A DNA stretch of 64,000 nucleotides from Thermofilaceae archaeon. GTDB lineage: Archaea; Thermoproteota; Thermoprotei; Thermofilales; Thermofilaceae. Location of the stretch: the NCBI GenBank assembly GCA_038861545.1, contig JAWCCZ010000005.1:64103-128102 (forward strand). The letters run 5' to 3'. Under the pieces are notes generated by a model. It was not told where the DNA came from, did no database searches, and worked only from the letters and a program-made list of their open reading frames with translations. A program made the position numbers and the translations under genes. Numbering within the stretch: position 1 is the first letter of the stretch; each line of letters begins with the position of its first letter. This document shows positions 10,587 to 20,744 of this stretch, in pieces.

Positions 10587-11593
10587 TGGTCCTCACCCTC
10601 CTTTATAGGGCTAGTACTCACATATAGTACCCTTGGTTCTTCTCGGACAACCTTCGGAGGTCTTATTGCAAACCTGATTTTAATCAACCTTTTAGCTGGC
10701 CCTGGTACAGTACCTTCTAGCAGTATGTAACTACTTTTCACAATGCCATAGTGAGGCCATCCCCCATGAGGATTTACATCAGGGTTTGGTTTATTTTCAA
10801 CTCTCAGAACCCTTTTGTTATATTCAGTTCGTTGATGAAAACCAAATTGTCCGGATAAAGGCGTTGTAAACATTATTGCTGGTTTCTTAGGACCCACCGT
10901 TCCTATCCTTCTGCTACCTTTTCTATGCTTATGCCATCTAGGCATTTCTTTAACACCAAATCTTTTGATGACTCCTTGGAACCCCTTACCCTTAGTAACC
11001 GATAATACATCTACGTACTGTCCAGCTGATAGAACTTCACTCACAGTAACCTCTTTGCCTAGAATATTTAATGCATAGGTTAGAGCATCTCTTGGTTTAC
11101 CGCCTACTTTTATTTCTAAGAGTTCTGGCTTCTTTTTACCTAATCCACTGTTACGGGGCTGTGTGGCTGCTAGGATTCTTACTTCATCTATTTTATTAAC
11201 TAATTGATCTATTTCTTTACTTTGTTTATCAAAAATAACCTTTTTCGGTGTTGTAAATACTCTTTCAAGATCCTTGGGTATTTGTTTAGCCCAGATCTCA
11301 GACAAGCTCTTCAGACCGTATGGGGTTTTACTGTATACTCTAATCGCCACCGTGCGGAGAGGAGGGGTTTCTATAACAGTAGCTACCTTTACCACTTCCT
11401 GCCCATGGAAAGGGCTATGGGGATTGTCTTCAATTTTCACTACGTGTAGTACTCCTACTTTATAACCTGCAAAGCCAAGCAACTGAGGTTTCTCGCTTTC
11501 ACCCCATCTCCTTATCCTAGCCACAATACTCCGAGCCCTTTTCCTAGGGTAATATGCCATTGATCCACGCCGCGGTCTTCGATGCTTTGCCAT
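10583..11593 (-). CDS. rpl3p: 50S ribosomal protein uL3
   Basis: RPRRGSMAYYPRKRA, TKGKGFQGVIKRFG, GFHQRTEYNKR. Confidence 0.98.
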   Translation of the reverse strand: MAKHRRPRRGSMAYYPRKRARSIVARIRRWGESEKPQLLGFAGYKVGVLHVVKIEDNPHSPFHGQEVVKVATVIETPPLRTVAIRVYSKTPYGLKSLSEIWAKQIPKDLERVFTTPKKVIFDKQSKEIDQLVNKIDEVRILAATQPRNSGLGKKKPELLEIKVGGKPRDALTYALNILGKEVTVSEVLSAGQYVDVLSVTKGKGFQGVIKRFGVKEMPRWHKHRKGSRRIGTVGPKKPAIMFTTPLSGQFGFHQRTEYNKRVLRVENKPNPDVNPHGGWPHYGIVKSSYILLEGTVPGPAKRLIKIRFAIRPPKVVREEPRVLYVSTSPIKEGEDQ

Positions 11594-11632
11594 GTTAACT
11601 CCCTGCGCTGTAGATGAGCTTTCCTTTTAAAC

Positions 11633-12472
11633 TTATTTTTCCAAAGCATTTAAAATATAATCAAGCACTGCTAGGGTTACCGGTAAGGCTTCCTCCGTCC
11701 TAATAGTGAATACACCTTGTCTTGGAATCAGGTTTACAACGTAATCGAAACACTCATCAATTTTTAATTTCTCCTCAGTAGCTAATTCAAATAATCCTTT
11801 GTCTCGCGTTCCAAAGAAGACGGCTATACCCCTCTTGGCAGAGGCATCGACTACCAATTTACTGGCAATGTCGCTAACTGGTTCGCCTAACCTAGAAGTT
11901 GCTATCTTCACATAGTCCTTGCACATCTCCACAGCGGCATACAAGTTAGCCGTATTAATTACTGTGTACCCCCAATAATAAGGCACAGAACATTTATCCA
12001 CAATTTTCATCGGGTTAGTAAGGATAACTGTTACGCGCTCTCCAATTTTAGCTTTGCCTAGAACCTTTACAGGTTCAGAGAAACCTATGTCAACATAAAG
12101 CCACTCGTCAGCTGTGCTTAACACTATCCCTTCTCTGAATTCACAAATGAAACCTTTTCCACTAAATGATGGAGGGTGATGAGGGGATTGTAGCGGAGGT
12201 ATCACACCCACGAATCTAAGTGAAAACCCCTTAGGAATAGCTCTGCGTCTAAGGTATTGAGGAGTTTCTGCATATTTTAATACTTCAGACACTGGCGTGG
12301 GAGGTCCGAAAACTAAAACTTCTTCGACTCGAAAAATTGTTAGATAGCGAGCAATGAATCCTATTCTAAATGTACTAAGTCTTCCATCTTCACCTAAGAA
12401 TATAGTGGAAGGTATTATTACACGCCTTTTTATCCTTGGCCGAGGAGGAGGGATTCTGGTTTGAACTTTCAT
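11633..12472 (-). CDS. Putative SPOUT RNA methyltransferase (DUF171 family)
   Basis: GFIARYLTIFRVEE, ETPQYLRR, GVIPPLQSPHH, YYWGY, NLIPRQGVFTIRTEEA; usual position upstream of rpl3; start set at MKVQ (track ORF extends to 12541). Confidence 0.88.
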   Translation of the reverse strand: MKVQTRIPPPRPRIKRRVIIPSTIFLGEDGRLSTFRIGFIARYLTIFRVEEVLVFGPPTPVSEVLKYAETPQYLRRRAIPKGFSLRFVGVIPPLQSPHHPPSFSGKGFICEFREGIVLSTADEWLYVDIGFSEPVKVLGKAKIGERVTVILTNPMKIVDKCSVPYYWGYTVINTANLYAAVEMCKDYVKIATSRLGEPVSDIASKLVVDASAKRGIAVFFGTRDKGLFELATEEKLKIDECFDYVVNLIPRQGVFTIRTEEALPVTLAVLDYILNALEK

Positions 12473-12521
12473 CTCTTTTAGATAATCCATTTCACCCATT
12501 ATAGGCTCAATCTTTACCCTT

Positions 12522-12638
12522 TCATTTGGATTTTTTCTCAACCCTTGCTTTTTGCTTTTCTTTCTCCTCCTTAACTCCTCCAGCGGATTCTCCTTTACCT
12601 ATATCGAAGAATATAGATGTTCTTTGTCTACCACCCAT
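12522..12638 (-). CDS. Possible 38-aa Lys/Glu-rich small protein (not in ORF track)
   Basis: MGGRQRTSIFFDIGKGESAGGVKEEKEKQKARVEKKSK*; TATA-like TTTTTAA about 25-31 nt upstream of the ATG (leaderless spacing). Confidence 0.3.
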   Translation of the reverse strand: MGGRQRTSIFFDIGKGESAGGVKEEKEKQKARVEKKSK

Positions 12639-12679
12639 ATAAGTAGCTAGAAAAAAGTGGGGTTAAAAAGCTTTTAAGG

Positions 12680-12898
12680 CTAGGTTTCTTCAGCTAAACC
12701 CCAATATGCTACCTTCCCTCTTTTAATTTCTCTAATTCTGCCTTCTCTGAGAAGCAATCTCAATATATAGAAGGCCTGTGAGTGGCTAATACCTAGCTCT
12801 TTAACTATAGTTGAAGTTGGAGCCTCACCGTGATCCCGTAAAAACCTTAACACTTTATCCTTTCTGTCTATGACTTGAGTGGTCACTCTTCTTGGCAT
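12680..12898 (-). CDS. Small winged-helix DNA-binding protein (FaeA/PapI-like)
   Basis: KVLRFLRDHGEAPTSTIVKELGISHSQAFYILRLLLREGRI...GKVAYW wHTH pattern; start at MPRR. Confidence 0.75.
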   Translation of the reverse strand: MPRRVTTQVIDRKDKVLRFLRDHGEAPTSTIVKELGISHSQAFYILRLLLREGRIREIKRGKVAYWGLAEET

Positions 12899-13020
12899 AT
12901 CGTGTCGCGGATAATTAAACGATACGTTAATAACGATTTCTATTAAAGTGAAACTTTCGCACAATCTTCTACAATTAAATAAAAGTAATGCAATTTATAG
13001 AAATCTATAGAGAATACACG

Positions 13021-14469
13021 TTACCGGCCTAAGATCCTACTTATTGATGGATACATTTCAGTGAGCTGTTCACGTAATAGCAACTGTTGGTATTGAATCA
13101 TTATTCCCACAACTAAAAGTATCCCTATACCTGAACCCAGAGTACCTAAAACATCACTGATCACGGCTATAGCTCCTACCGTTGCACCACTTAATACCGC
13201 AAGTGGCCAAACATAGGTGCTTAGCATTGATTCAAGAATTTTCGAAGATGACCTAAAGCCCGGTATTTGAAGCTCAGCGTTAACTAGTTGTTCAGCCTGT
13301 GCGCTTGGATCCATTCCCGTTGCTGCTACCCATATCAAAGAAAAAATTACACATAACGATATAAACACTAACGCGTAGATGAGAACGTGTAGCGGATCTT
13401 CAAGTAATGACCAAATACCTCTCGGTGTAGTTAGATAATATACTAACGATGGCTTTAGTGGGACAAACTGGCCCTCTGTAGAATTGTATTTAACAAATAA
13501 ATTTAACCAAGAATTCGAATTATCAGGGTTGAATCTACTCCAAACGGCTCTGGCCACTATATATATATTAGCGTAAACAGCTGAGACGAGTATTACTGGT
13601 AGGTTTGAAACATAGAGAAACTTGAGAGGTACCTTTGTCTTTACTCCCCCATAACGCGTGGCTGAAACTGGAATTTCTATTCTCATACTCTCTAAATAGG
13701 TTAGAGCGAATAGTAATGCGATCATAGAAATGAAACCTAACAAATCTGGATAACCCGATCGCCTCGCGACAAGTTGCAATAACAGAGTGTTGTTGCCCGT
13801 CGAAGCATATGTAAAAACTGCATGAAATATTGATGGAATTAAACCTACGAAAAGCCCATCTCCCACAGGTCCCACGGGGGAGAAAACCTCCCAGAACACC
13901 TGTTGTGCAACTCCTGCAGCTATGAAAAGGCTCACAGCACTCCCAATTCCCCAACCTTTTTCTAACATGTCATCCATGAGCATAACAACCAGCGTGGCTA
14001 TTACTAACTGTATTAGTACAATAACCTGAGACAGTAATGATAACGTCCCATAGGCACCACCCAAAATATAACCTATGGCTTCAATTACAGCAAAAATTAA
14101 CGTTAGGATTTTTTGTGTACCAGCGTAAACTCTTCTGCCTTCCCTTGCTGATATATCCAGCTCTATAAGCCCGCTGCCGACTAGAAGCTGCCAGATGATA
14201 CCTGCTGTGACTAATGGGCCAATACCCAGCTCCATCAGTGTACCCCTACGCGATGCCATAACTACTTGAAACAAAAGGAGCGGTTGGTACCCTTGCTCAC
14301 TCCAGTGTATTCCATATAAAGGAACTTGACTCATCGCCAAATAGAGCACTAATATCAAAGCTGTCCAAAATAGCCTTTCTCCAAGTCTAAGTCTGCGCGA
14401 AGGAGGAGGTGTTTCAGGAATTAATTTAAATAAGGAATTTAAAAAACCCTGAAACATCATATTATCCAC
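13021..14469 (-). CDS. secY: Preprotein translocase subunit SecY
   Basis: GTLMELGIGPLVTA, KGWGIGSAVSLFI, PLKFLYVSNLP, LQIPGFR; follows uL15. Confidence 0.98.
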   Translation of the reverse strand: MDNMMFQGFLNSLFKLIPETPPPSRRLRLGERLFWTALILVLYLAMSQVPLYGIHWSEQGYQPLLLFQVVMASRRGTLMELGIGPLVTAGIIWQLLVGSGLIELDISAREGRRVYAGTQKILTLIFAVIEAIGYILGGAYGTLSLLSQVIVLIQLVIATLVVMLMDDMLEKGWGIGSAVSLFIAAGVAQQVFWEVFSPVGPVGDGLFVGLIPSIFHAVFTYASTGNNTLLLQLVARRSGYPDLLGFISMIALLFALTYLESMRIEIPVSATRYGGVKTKVPLKFLYVSNLPVILVSAVYANIYIVARAVWSRFNPDNSNSWLNLFVKYNSTEGQFVPLKPSLVYYLTTPRGIWSLLEDPLHVLIYALVFISLCVIFSLIWVAATGMDPSAQAEQLVNAELQIPGFRSSSKILESMLSTYVWPLAVLSGATVGAIAVISDVLGTLGSGIGILLVVGIMIQYQQLLLREQLTEMYPSISRILGR

Positions 14470-14911
14470 CTTTTAAGTTAATAAACGATCCGCCGGCTTC
14501 CTCGAGCTTACGTACCGCGTTTTCAGTTGCCTTGAGTGCAAATATAACAAGCGGCTTGGTAACCTTACCCCTACCTCCTACTTTGTTATAGCCGAGCGTC
14601 GATACATCCACGTAGATCTTACCTTCTTCAATTTTAGCTAATCCATGTTTAACTAATTCCTCAGCCATTTCATCAAGTTCACCGACATTTATTATTTTCC
14701 AATTCGGCAAAATAGATAATGGACGGCTAAAACCGTGTTTACCGAACATTTCTTTAGCGTATACCATTACCCAAGTCCATTTATGTTTATGAAACCCCGC
14801 TCTTCCTCTACCGCCCTTTCTTCCACTCCTCCTATGTTGTCCAACCCGTCCCCAGCCGTGTGTTCGGGATCCCCTGTAGTACTTTGATTTTTTCTCTCTA
14901 CGCACGACCAC
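14462..14911 (-). CDS. rpl15p: 50S ribosomal protein uL15
   Basis: RGSRTHGWGRVGQHRRSG, FGKHGF, INVGELD; probable GTG start at 14911. Confidence 0.96.
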   Translation of the reverse strand: MVVRREKKSKYYRGSRTHGWGRVGQHRRSGRKGGRGRAGFHKHKWTWVMVYAKEMFGKHGFSRPLSILPNWKIINVGELDEMAEELVKHGLAKIEEGKIYVDVSTLGYNKVGGRGKVTKPLVIFALKATENAVRKLEEAGGSFINLKGG

Positions 14912-14934
14912 GCCGAATCCCCAGTAACCTCTAG

Positions 14935-15005
14935 CCGTATGTGCATTTATATATTGCTTCACCCTTAACAAACTATTCTCCCAGCAGCAAAATTTAAAGT
15001 ATGAT
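14935..15005. promoter_or_regulatory. Divergent promoter region between rpl15p and rps5p
   Basis: TTTATATAT at about 14946-14954 and AATTTAAA at about 14991-14998, each about 25-40 nt from a start codon. Confidence 0.5.
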
Positions 15006-15014
15006 AACCTGGTA

Positions 15015-15632
15015 GTGCTGAGTATGGCTTTAATTCAGGAAGAATGGATTCCTAAGACTTTAGCTGGAAAGCTGGTAAAAGAAGGTAGAATAACCAATTT
15101 AGGCCGCCTCTTTGAGTTAAATCTACCAATTAGAGAAGTTGAAATCGTGGATGCGTTACTTCCAGGACTGAAGCATGAAATACTTTCTGTTAATTTAGTA
15201 CAGCGGCAGACAGATGCTGGCGAGGTTAGTCAATTTCAAGTAACAGTGGTGGTGGGTAATGAAAATGGCTACGTCGGTGTAGGAATAGGTAAATCTAGAC
15301 AAATTCGATTAGCAATCGAAAAAGCCGTCCGAAAAGCTAAGTTGAACATAATACCCGTTAGAAGAGGGTGTGGTAGTTGGGAGTGCCTATGCGGAGAAGA
15401 ACACTCTATACCTTTTGCAGTCCGAGGTAAAGTTGGAAGCGTAGAAATGGTGTTACTGCCAGCTCCTAAGGGTGTAGGGTTAGTAGCAAGTGATAACGCA
15501 AAGGCTGTCCTTAGAATGGCAGGCGTAAAAGACGCGTGGACCAGATCAAGGGGAGAAACTAGGACTAGTCATAATGTAGCTAAAGCTGTAATGGAGGCTT
15601 TAAAACAAACCTATAAGTTACGGGTTGAGTGA
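15015..15632 (+). CDS. rps5p: 30S ribosomal protein uS5
   Basis: WIPKTLAGKLV, VQRQTDAGE, VRRGCGSWEC, PAPKGVGLVA. Confidence 0.97.
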   Translation: MLSMALIQEEWIPKTLAGKLVKEGRITNLGRLFELNLPIREVEIVDALLPGLKHEILSVNLVQRQTDAGEVSQFQVTVVVGNENGYVGVGIGKSRQIRLAIEKAVRKAKLNIIPVRRGCGSWECLCGEEHSIPFAVRGKVGSVEMVLLPAPKGVGLVASDNAKAVLRMAGVKDAWTRSRGETRTSHNVAKAVMEALKQTYKLRVE

Positions 15633-16105
15633 GTACTATGTCTCTGCTAGCTGTTATATTGATCAGAAGCCCGACGGATAGAAGACCGGAAGAACGAAAA
15701 ACGCTGGAGTTACTTAAGCTTAATAAGAAGTTTAACTGCGTTATAGTCCCAGATACACTCTCGATAAGAGGAATGCTAAAAGTTCTCGAAAACGTGGTGA
15801 CTTACGGTGAAATCGATAAGAACATATTAGTAGCTCTAATAGAGAAAAGAGGCCGTTTGGATGGCAATAAAAAAATACAGTCCGATTATTTGAAAAAATT
15901 GGGATATGATAATTTTGAAAAATTAGCTGAGGCACTATTATCAGGGACTGCTAGCTTAGATAAACTTCCTAGCTTTAAGCCTGTATTTAGACTACATCCT
16001 CCTAAAGGAGGATTCAAAAGAACTATCAAAAAGCATTACAACGATGGAGGGGAACTGGGATATAGGGGATATAAAATCAATGAATTACTACTTACTATGA
16101 TCTAA
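15629..16105 (+). CDS. rpl30p: 50S ribosomal protein uL30
   Basis: FRLHPPKGGFK, GGELGYRG..INELL. Confidence 0.96.
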   Translation: MSTMSLLAVILIRSPTDRRPEERKTLELLKLNKKFNCVIVPDTLSIRGMLKVLENVVTYGEIDKNILVALIEKRGRLDGNKKIQSDYLKKLGYDNFEKLAEALLSGTASLDKLPSFKPVFRLHPPKGGFKRTIKKHYNDGGELGYRGYKINELLLTMI

Positions 16106-16156
16106 TATCCTTTCCTTTAGTAAAATTCTAAAGTTCAGAATTAAATGATAAGAACT

Positions 16157-16747
16157 TCATGAACTACTTTGTATCCTCCGAACCGTTTCTTCGAAATGGC
16201 TCGGTATGTTAACCGGATCTAAACCACGTTTGAAGTAATCTGAGAGAATCGACACTTTCCTCGTAGAGCTTTGTAGCATTTTTGCGTATTCTGCTATATG
16301 GACACCTTTGATTCTATCTTCATCGGGAAAAACTTCCTCGCCGAGCGGTATCAATAGCCCCGCATCTATCGCTCCTTTAGCAGCAGCAAAAACTCTCGCT
16401 CCTTTGATAGCTCTTTTTAATCCAATATCCAGCACTGCCTCCTTGACCCCCCTTTTAAGTGCTCGCCAAGCGGCTAACATACCGACTAAGTAAGCAGCTG
16501 GCAGGTTCTTCGTACCCCCTTTCCACCCAAATTCCTTAACTAACTCTTTTGAATGCGCGGCTACTATAGTAATATCGCCAAAGGGTTTAGCCTCGATAAC
16601 TTGCGCTATAATGTACTTATTTGTAACCCTAACCACAAACCTTGGTTTTCGAGATAAAATCAGTCTCCTTCGCCTATAGTAGTCAGTGACTCCTTCGCGT
16701 CTCCTGCGGAAGGGCACCTTATACCTTCCACTTTTAGCCACTGACAC
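16157..16747 (-). CDS. rpl18p: 50S ribosomal protein uL18
   Basis: [31 protein letters not shown]. Confidence 0.97.
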   Translation of the reverse strand: MSVAKSGRYKVPFRRRREGVTDYYRRRRLILSRKPRFVVRVTNKYIIAQVIEAKPFGDITIVAAHSKELVKEFGWKGGTKNLPAAYLVGMLAAWRALKRGVKEAVLDIGLKRAIKGARVFAAAKGAIDAGLLIPLGEEVFPDEDRIKGVHIAEYAKMLQSSTRKVSILSDYFKRGLDPVNIPSHFEETVRRIQSSS

Positions 16748-17195
16748 CCCCCTCCTTCAGTAGGCCAATTTCTTTTAAATGCGCCTTTAAGTGGGCAACG
16801 CTTCTAAATTCACCTCCCTTTACCTGGTTACGTAATCTTCTATAGAGCTTAGAATCTATCAAGCCTTTTTCATGTAAATACTTAAGGTAGCCTCTCTGTG
16901 CCCGAACTCTCTGAACCCAGATCTCTTTTTCTTCAATCCAAGGTCCTTTGTGCCTACCTGAACCCCTTCTACGACCTTTCTTAATCTGTAAACGCTTTAA
17001 TCTCCATCTACCCCTGCTAGGAGTCGCTGGCGGTAGCTTGCTTATCACGCCCTCTTTAATTAACCTTCTTATATCCTCTCTGGTAACCGCAGTTTCGGCT
17101 TGTTCGAGTTTCTCAGGATTTATCCAAACTCTAGATTCTCCAACTCCCAGTATACTCGCGGCAATCCTTCTAACAGTTTTTAAAGCTGAAGTCAC
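16734..17195 (-). CDS. rpl19e: 50S ribosomal protein eL19
   Basis: [34 protein letters not shown]. Confidence 0.97.
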   Translation of the reverse strand: MTSALKTVRRIAASILGVGESRVWINPEKLEQAETAVTREDIRRLIKEGVISKLPPATPSRGRWRLKRLQIKKGRRRGSGRHKGPWIEEKEIWVQRVRAQRGYLKYLHEKGLIDSKLYRRLRNQVKGGEFRSVAHLKAHLKEIGLLKEGGVSG

Positions 17196-17240
17196 TACTC
17201 ATCCCTAGAAACCCAGAAACCGCAGTTTTAAAAAATGTTT

Positions 17241-17645
17241 CTAAACAGCTGTATTCAAGCCGGCGTTTGTGATATATAAACCCATTTCTGTAGCCTTGCT
17301 TATGATTATCCCCCGCTTTCTAGCCCCAACTGTAGATGCAATCCTAATTATATGTAGCTTAGGGTCGAGTCCTTCCAGCTCCTCAGGACTATGAACCAGT
17401 ACTTCAGTCTTCCCGCTGGGATGTAATCCCCTTGTGGCTCTAGGACTCCTATATCCGGCTTTCACTCGTAGAGGAAAACCTTTACGTTCTAACCTAATCT
17501 TATTATCAAGGCTTCTACGAGGGCTTCTCCACGAGTCGTTAATTCGAGCTATGCGCCAACTGTTCATTCGAACAAAGTTTGGCTTTCTTCTTTTCATTTC
17601 TGCTCTCAGCTTTATAAGCCTCTTAACGTTTCGATTTATAGACAT
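17241..17645 (-). CDS. rpl32e: 50S ribosomal protein eL32
   Basis: KPNFVRMNSW, GYRSPRATRGLHPSG, IASTVGARKR. Confidence 0.97.
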   Translation of the reverse strand: MSINRNVKRLIKLRAEMKRRKPNFVRMNSWRIARINDSWRSPRRSLDNKIRLERKGFPLRVKAGYRSPRATRGLHPSGKTEVLVHSPEELEGLDPKLHIIRIASTVGARKRGIIISKATEMGLYITNAGLNTAV

Positions 17646-17656
17646 ACACTAACACC

Positions 17657-18046
17657 TCAGTATACGTAAGCCAATAAGATACCGCCTATCTTTAACTCCT
17701 CTGCTTCGTGATGACTTAAGATACCATGTGAGGTTGAAAGTACTAGTATGCCAACATCCCTCGCCGGTAGAAATCGAGTTTTCCACCTATCGATCTCGTG
17801 ATGCTTAACGGAATGCCGCGGCTTAACTACACCGCAATCATTAATTTTTCCCAAAAGCTGTACTTTAAGTTTACCACCTCGTCCATCTTCAATGTATTCT
17901 ATTTCGCCCACATACCCGTTCCTCTGAAGAACTTTAAGGACTTCCATCACAAGCTTCGAAGATGGATATATTAAACACTCACTTCTACCTTTAACTTCAT
18001 TGTTCTTTATCGTAGCTATAGCATTTGCAAGTACATCTGTCAGCAT
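17657..18046 (-). CDS. rps8p: 30S ribosomal protein uS8
   Basis: DVLANA, IEDGRGG, LGKINDCGVVKPR, IGGILLAYVY. Confidence 0.97.
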   Translation of the reverse strand: MLTDVLANAIATIKNNEVKGRSECLIYPSSKLVMEVLKVLQRNGYVGEIEYIEDGRGGKLKVQLLGKINDCGVVKPRHSVKHHEIDRWKTRFLPARDVGILVLSTSHGILSHHEAEELKIGGILLAYVY

Positions 18047-18226
18047 AGCAACCCCGGGCGTTAATGTTCCACTCTATTAAATTTTCTACCATGCTTATTA
18101 TTCTATGAATTCATGACAACCAGTCTACCTCACAGCCTTTTACCTTAGACTAATTAGTAAATAACTAGTCGAGGAGAACAAAGGTCTCCCAAAGTATGAA
18201 GAGAGCCCGCGTAGGAGCTTGCAAAC

Positions 18227-18391
18227 TTAATGGTATTTGGTAAAACCCAACTCTTTCGCTACTTCCCTAAAACATCTTCTACATAAATGTAATCCATACT
18301 TCCTTATTATGGCCTCGTGTGTGCCGCATCTTGCACATTTCATCGATCCCTTACCGAATTCCTTTTTTCTTGGAGGCTTTAGCTTCGCCAT
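18227..18391 (-). CDS. rps14p: 30S ribosomal protein uS14 (54 aa, missing from ORF track)
   Basis: Manual translation [54 protein letters not shown]; between uL5 and uS8. Confidence 0.96.
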   Translation of the reverse strand: MAKLKPPRKKEFGKGSMKCARCGTHEAIIRKYGLHLCRRCFREVAKELGFTKYH

Positions 18392-18924
18392 TAAATCACC
18401 TTCGCTCCCAATACTTTTCCTATATATTCAATTGCTTCTTCCCTTGTCACATAATGCCTCTTTCCTATTCTAGATTTTCGCCTTCGTCTTCTGGATATAC
18501 GGTAACCAGGTCTTTCTAAAGCAACAATTACATCCATACCAAAGATGCCGATAGCTGGATCATATTTTACTCCAGGTATGTGTATATGTTCTTTTATTCC
18601 GAAAGCAAAATTTCCCCACTCGTCAATACTCCTTCCATCAATAGTATACCTTATGGCTGTTAACGCCTTCTTTAGAAAAGAATAGGCTTTTTCGCCTCTC
18701 AAAGTAACCATACAAGCTATATTTTCCCCTTTTCTTATTCCGAATTCTCGAATAGTTCTGCGAGCTTTTCTAAGCGAGGGTTTCTGGCCTGTCAACTCTT
18801 CTAGAATTCGCGCGGCGTTAGCTAGGCGTTCGCCGGACTCGCCTACAGCTATGTGGGCTATTACTTTACCGACGAATACCTTTCTCATCGGATGGTTCGT
18901 CTCTAGGATTAACTTATCAACCAT
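18391..18924 (-). CDS. rpl5p: 50S ribosomal protein uL5
   Basis: [37 protein letters not shown]. Confidence 0.97.
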   Translation of the reverse strand: MVDKLILETNHPMRKVFVGKVIAHIAVGESGERLANAARILEELTGQKPSLRKARRTIREFGIRKGENIACMVTLRGEKAYSFLKKALTAIRYTIDGRSIDEWGNFAFGIKEHIHIPGVKYDPAIGIFGMDVIVALERPGYRISRRRRRKSRIGKRHYVTREEAIEYIGKVLGAKVI

Positions 18925-19015
18925 ACATCTGCGAAGCAGGAATAACCAATTTAAACATTGCGGGAGAAGGGGGTCGAGAAGCCTAGGGCTCGTGAGCTAA
19001 TTTTCTAAATGATTT

Positions 19016-19816
19016 TCAGAGAAGACTCGTGTATTTAAACTTGAATAACTCCTCCCACGTCTTAAGCTCCTGGTCTGTGGGCAGCGTAATTAATGGATTC
19101 TCCTTACCCACAACAAAAACATACTTTAATATTGTCCTAACGGTGTCGTCACCTCTGCCAAGGGTAACAACAGCTCTAGAGCGTTTGAAAGTCTGTTGTA
19201 TGGATTGAATGGTACCAGTAAAACCCACGTTTCTACCGTCGATCACACATGCTATCGATCCTGTAGCCATTTTCACACTATCGATTATTTGTTTCGTTCC
19301 TAAATGCATCAGAACAGTATCATATGTTTCATAAGGCTGTTTTGAAGAAAGCTCGATGTTTTTTATAGCATAATTTCTGCCATCATGAAAAGTTAATTGA
19401 ATATAATTATTTTTAATTATAGTTTTCTTTTGTATTCTCAAAGGTTTTAAGTTTGCCTCCTCTGCAGAAATTCTATGAAACATAAAGAACTTAGAGGGAT
19501 GAGGCAAAACCCGGAAATATTCCTCAGGCCCCCTCAAGTAAAGTACGTCCATAAACCCCACTGGAAACTTATAGTCCGTAACCACTTTTCCATCAACGTG
19601 GACTTTTCTTTCCGCTAGAATTTTTCTTGTCTCCCTTATAGTGGACGTGTACTTGAGAATATCTCTAAGAACAATCCCTAAGGGTATAGATCTAATAATG
19701 GGATGAGAACCCGGCGCGGGCTTTATAGTCCATGCAAAATCTTTCTTGCGTATAGACCAAAACTGAGGCGCAACTTCCCGTCTCAAGTGCCTTAAAGATC
19801 CTCCCGATTTTTTCAC
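19016..19816 (-). CDS. rps4e: 30S ribosomal protein eS4
   Basis: KPAPGSH, SIPLGIVLRD, VDGKVVTDYKFPVGFMDV. Confidence 0.96.
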   Translation of the reverse strand: MKKSGGSLRHLRREVAPQFWSIRKKDFAWTIKPAPGSHPIIRSIPLGIVLRDILKYTSTIRETRKILAERKVHVDGKVVTDYKFPVGFMDVLYLRGPEEYFRVLPHPSKFFMFHRISAEEANLKPLRIQKKTIIKNNYIQLTFHDGRNYAIKNIELSSKQPYETYDTVLMHLGTKQIIDSVKMATGSIACVIDGRNVGFTGTIQSIQQTFKRSRAVVTLGRGDDTVRTILKYVFVVGKENPLITLPTDQELKTWEELFKFKYTSLL

Positions 19817-19821
19817 TCTTT

Positions 19822-20223
19822 CTACACCTCTGATCGTGTAGCTTTTTTCTTTCTTTCTATAATTTCTTTTCTTCTATCGTCACTTAAATCCAGTTTTGTA
19901 ATAACCACCTTCGAGGAATGCAGTGGTATGAATACGTCTCTGCCGTCAGCCCGCGTCCTAGTGACGCCTTCTATAAATATGCGTGTCTTCTTTACACTGA
20001 CCCTAGCTACTTTACCTTCATGACCTTTAAAACTACCCCGGACAACCATAACGGTGTCTCCCTTTCTAACCCTTATCCTCCTAATTCCGTACTCCTTCCT
20101 AAGCTCCTCAGATAAAGGTGCCACTATTTGCTTCGCCTTAACGTGTAGTGGAGCTCTATAGACAGCTCTTTTCCTAACCTTTTTAGGATGCGATGACGTG
20201 CCCGGCTGTACCACTACTAACAC
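19822..20223 (-). CDS. rpl24p: 50S ribosomal protein uL24
   Basis: [33 protein letters not shown] (KOW). Confidence 0.97.
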   Translation of the reverse strand: MLVVVQPGTSSHPKKVRKRAVYRAPLHVKAKQIVAPLSEELRKEYGIRRIRVRKGDTVMVVRGSFKGHEGKVARVSVKKTRIFIEGVTRTRADGRDVFIPLHSSKVVITKLDLSDDRRKEIIERKKKATRSEV

Positions 20224-20278
20224 CTCACGGGAAGCCTACTAATAATTTAAAAACTTACCGGTAACAAATACACTCTGG

Positions 20279-20689
20279 TTAACCTGCTTCCTCAGGTAAC
20301 CCCTCTACCGGAGGGCTTCCCGCCATTGCGGCCGCTTTTTCTCTTTCTATTTGCTTTTTAGTTTCCTCAACAATCTTCTTCCAATCAATGATCCTCTTAG
20401 TTATCGTCTGTAAGTGCTGCTTAAGAAAATCCATGGCCTTTTCCTTACCTAATCTAGCTACATTCCATGTAACAAATGGCGAGTAAAACGATGCCTTAGT
20501 TATCTTGGGCTTATCATTTTCCTCTAGTTCAAAGAGTATAAATCCAAGCTCTCGTAAATAGCATGTATCGTTTGGACAAAGGATATCAATTTCTCTGTTT
20601 TCCTTCTTTATAAATATTACTTTATACTCTGAAGGATCTTTTATTATCCTTCCACAAACACATTGTATGAAGTCTCCTCCCTCAGTCAA
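20279..20689 (-). CDS. Hypothetical protein with putative Zn-binding cysteines
   Basis: CVCG...CPNDTC; SD-like GAGGGAG upstream; fills gap cleanly. Confidence 0.8.
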   Translation of the reverse strand: MTEGGDFIQCVCGRIIKDPSEYKVIFIKKENREIDILCPNDTCYLRELGFILFELEENDKPKITKASFYSPFVTWNVARLGKEKAMDFLKQHLQTITKRIIDWKKIVEETKKQIEREKAAAMAGSPPVEGLPEEAG

Positions 20690-20744
20690 GATTGCTCCCT
20701 CAAGAGGGGGATATACACTTCTTATTAAGAGTTACGTAAGTATA

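Noticed and set aside
12473-12600. RVKIEPIMGEM resembling a DDE transposase R..IE..FG motif (IS remnant)
   Set aside because: Only a few residues match; no other transposase motif, terminal repeats or target duplication
18165-18220. Possible C/D sRNA in the uS14-uS8 gap (ATGAAGA followed by GAGCCCGC, complementary to the tRNA-Trp/Met anticodon stem)
   Set aside because: No convincing D or D' box (CCCA/AGGA) and a poor C box
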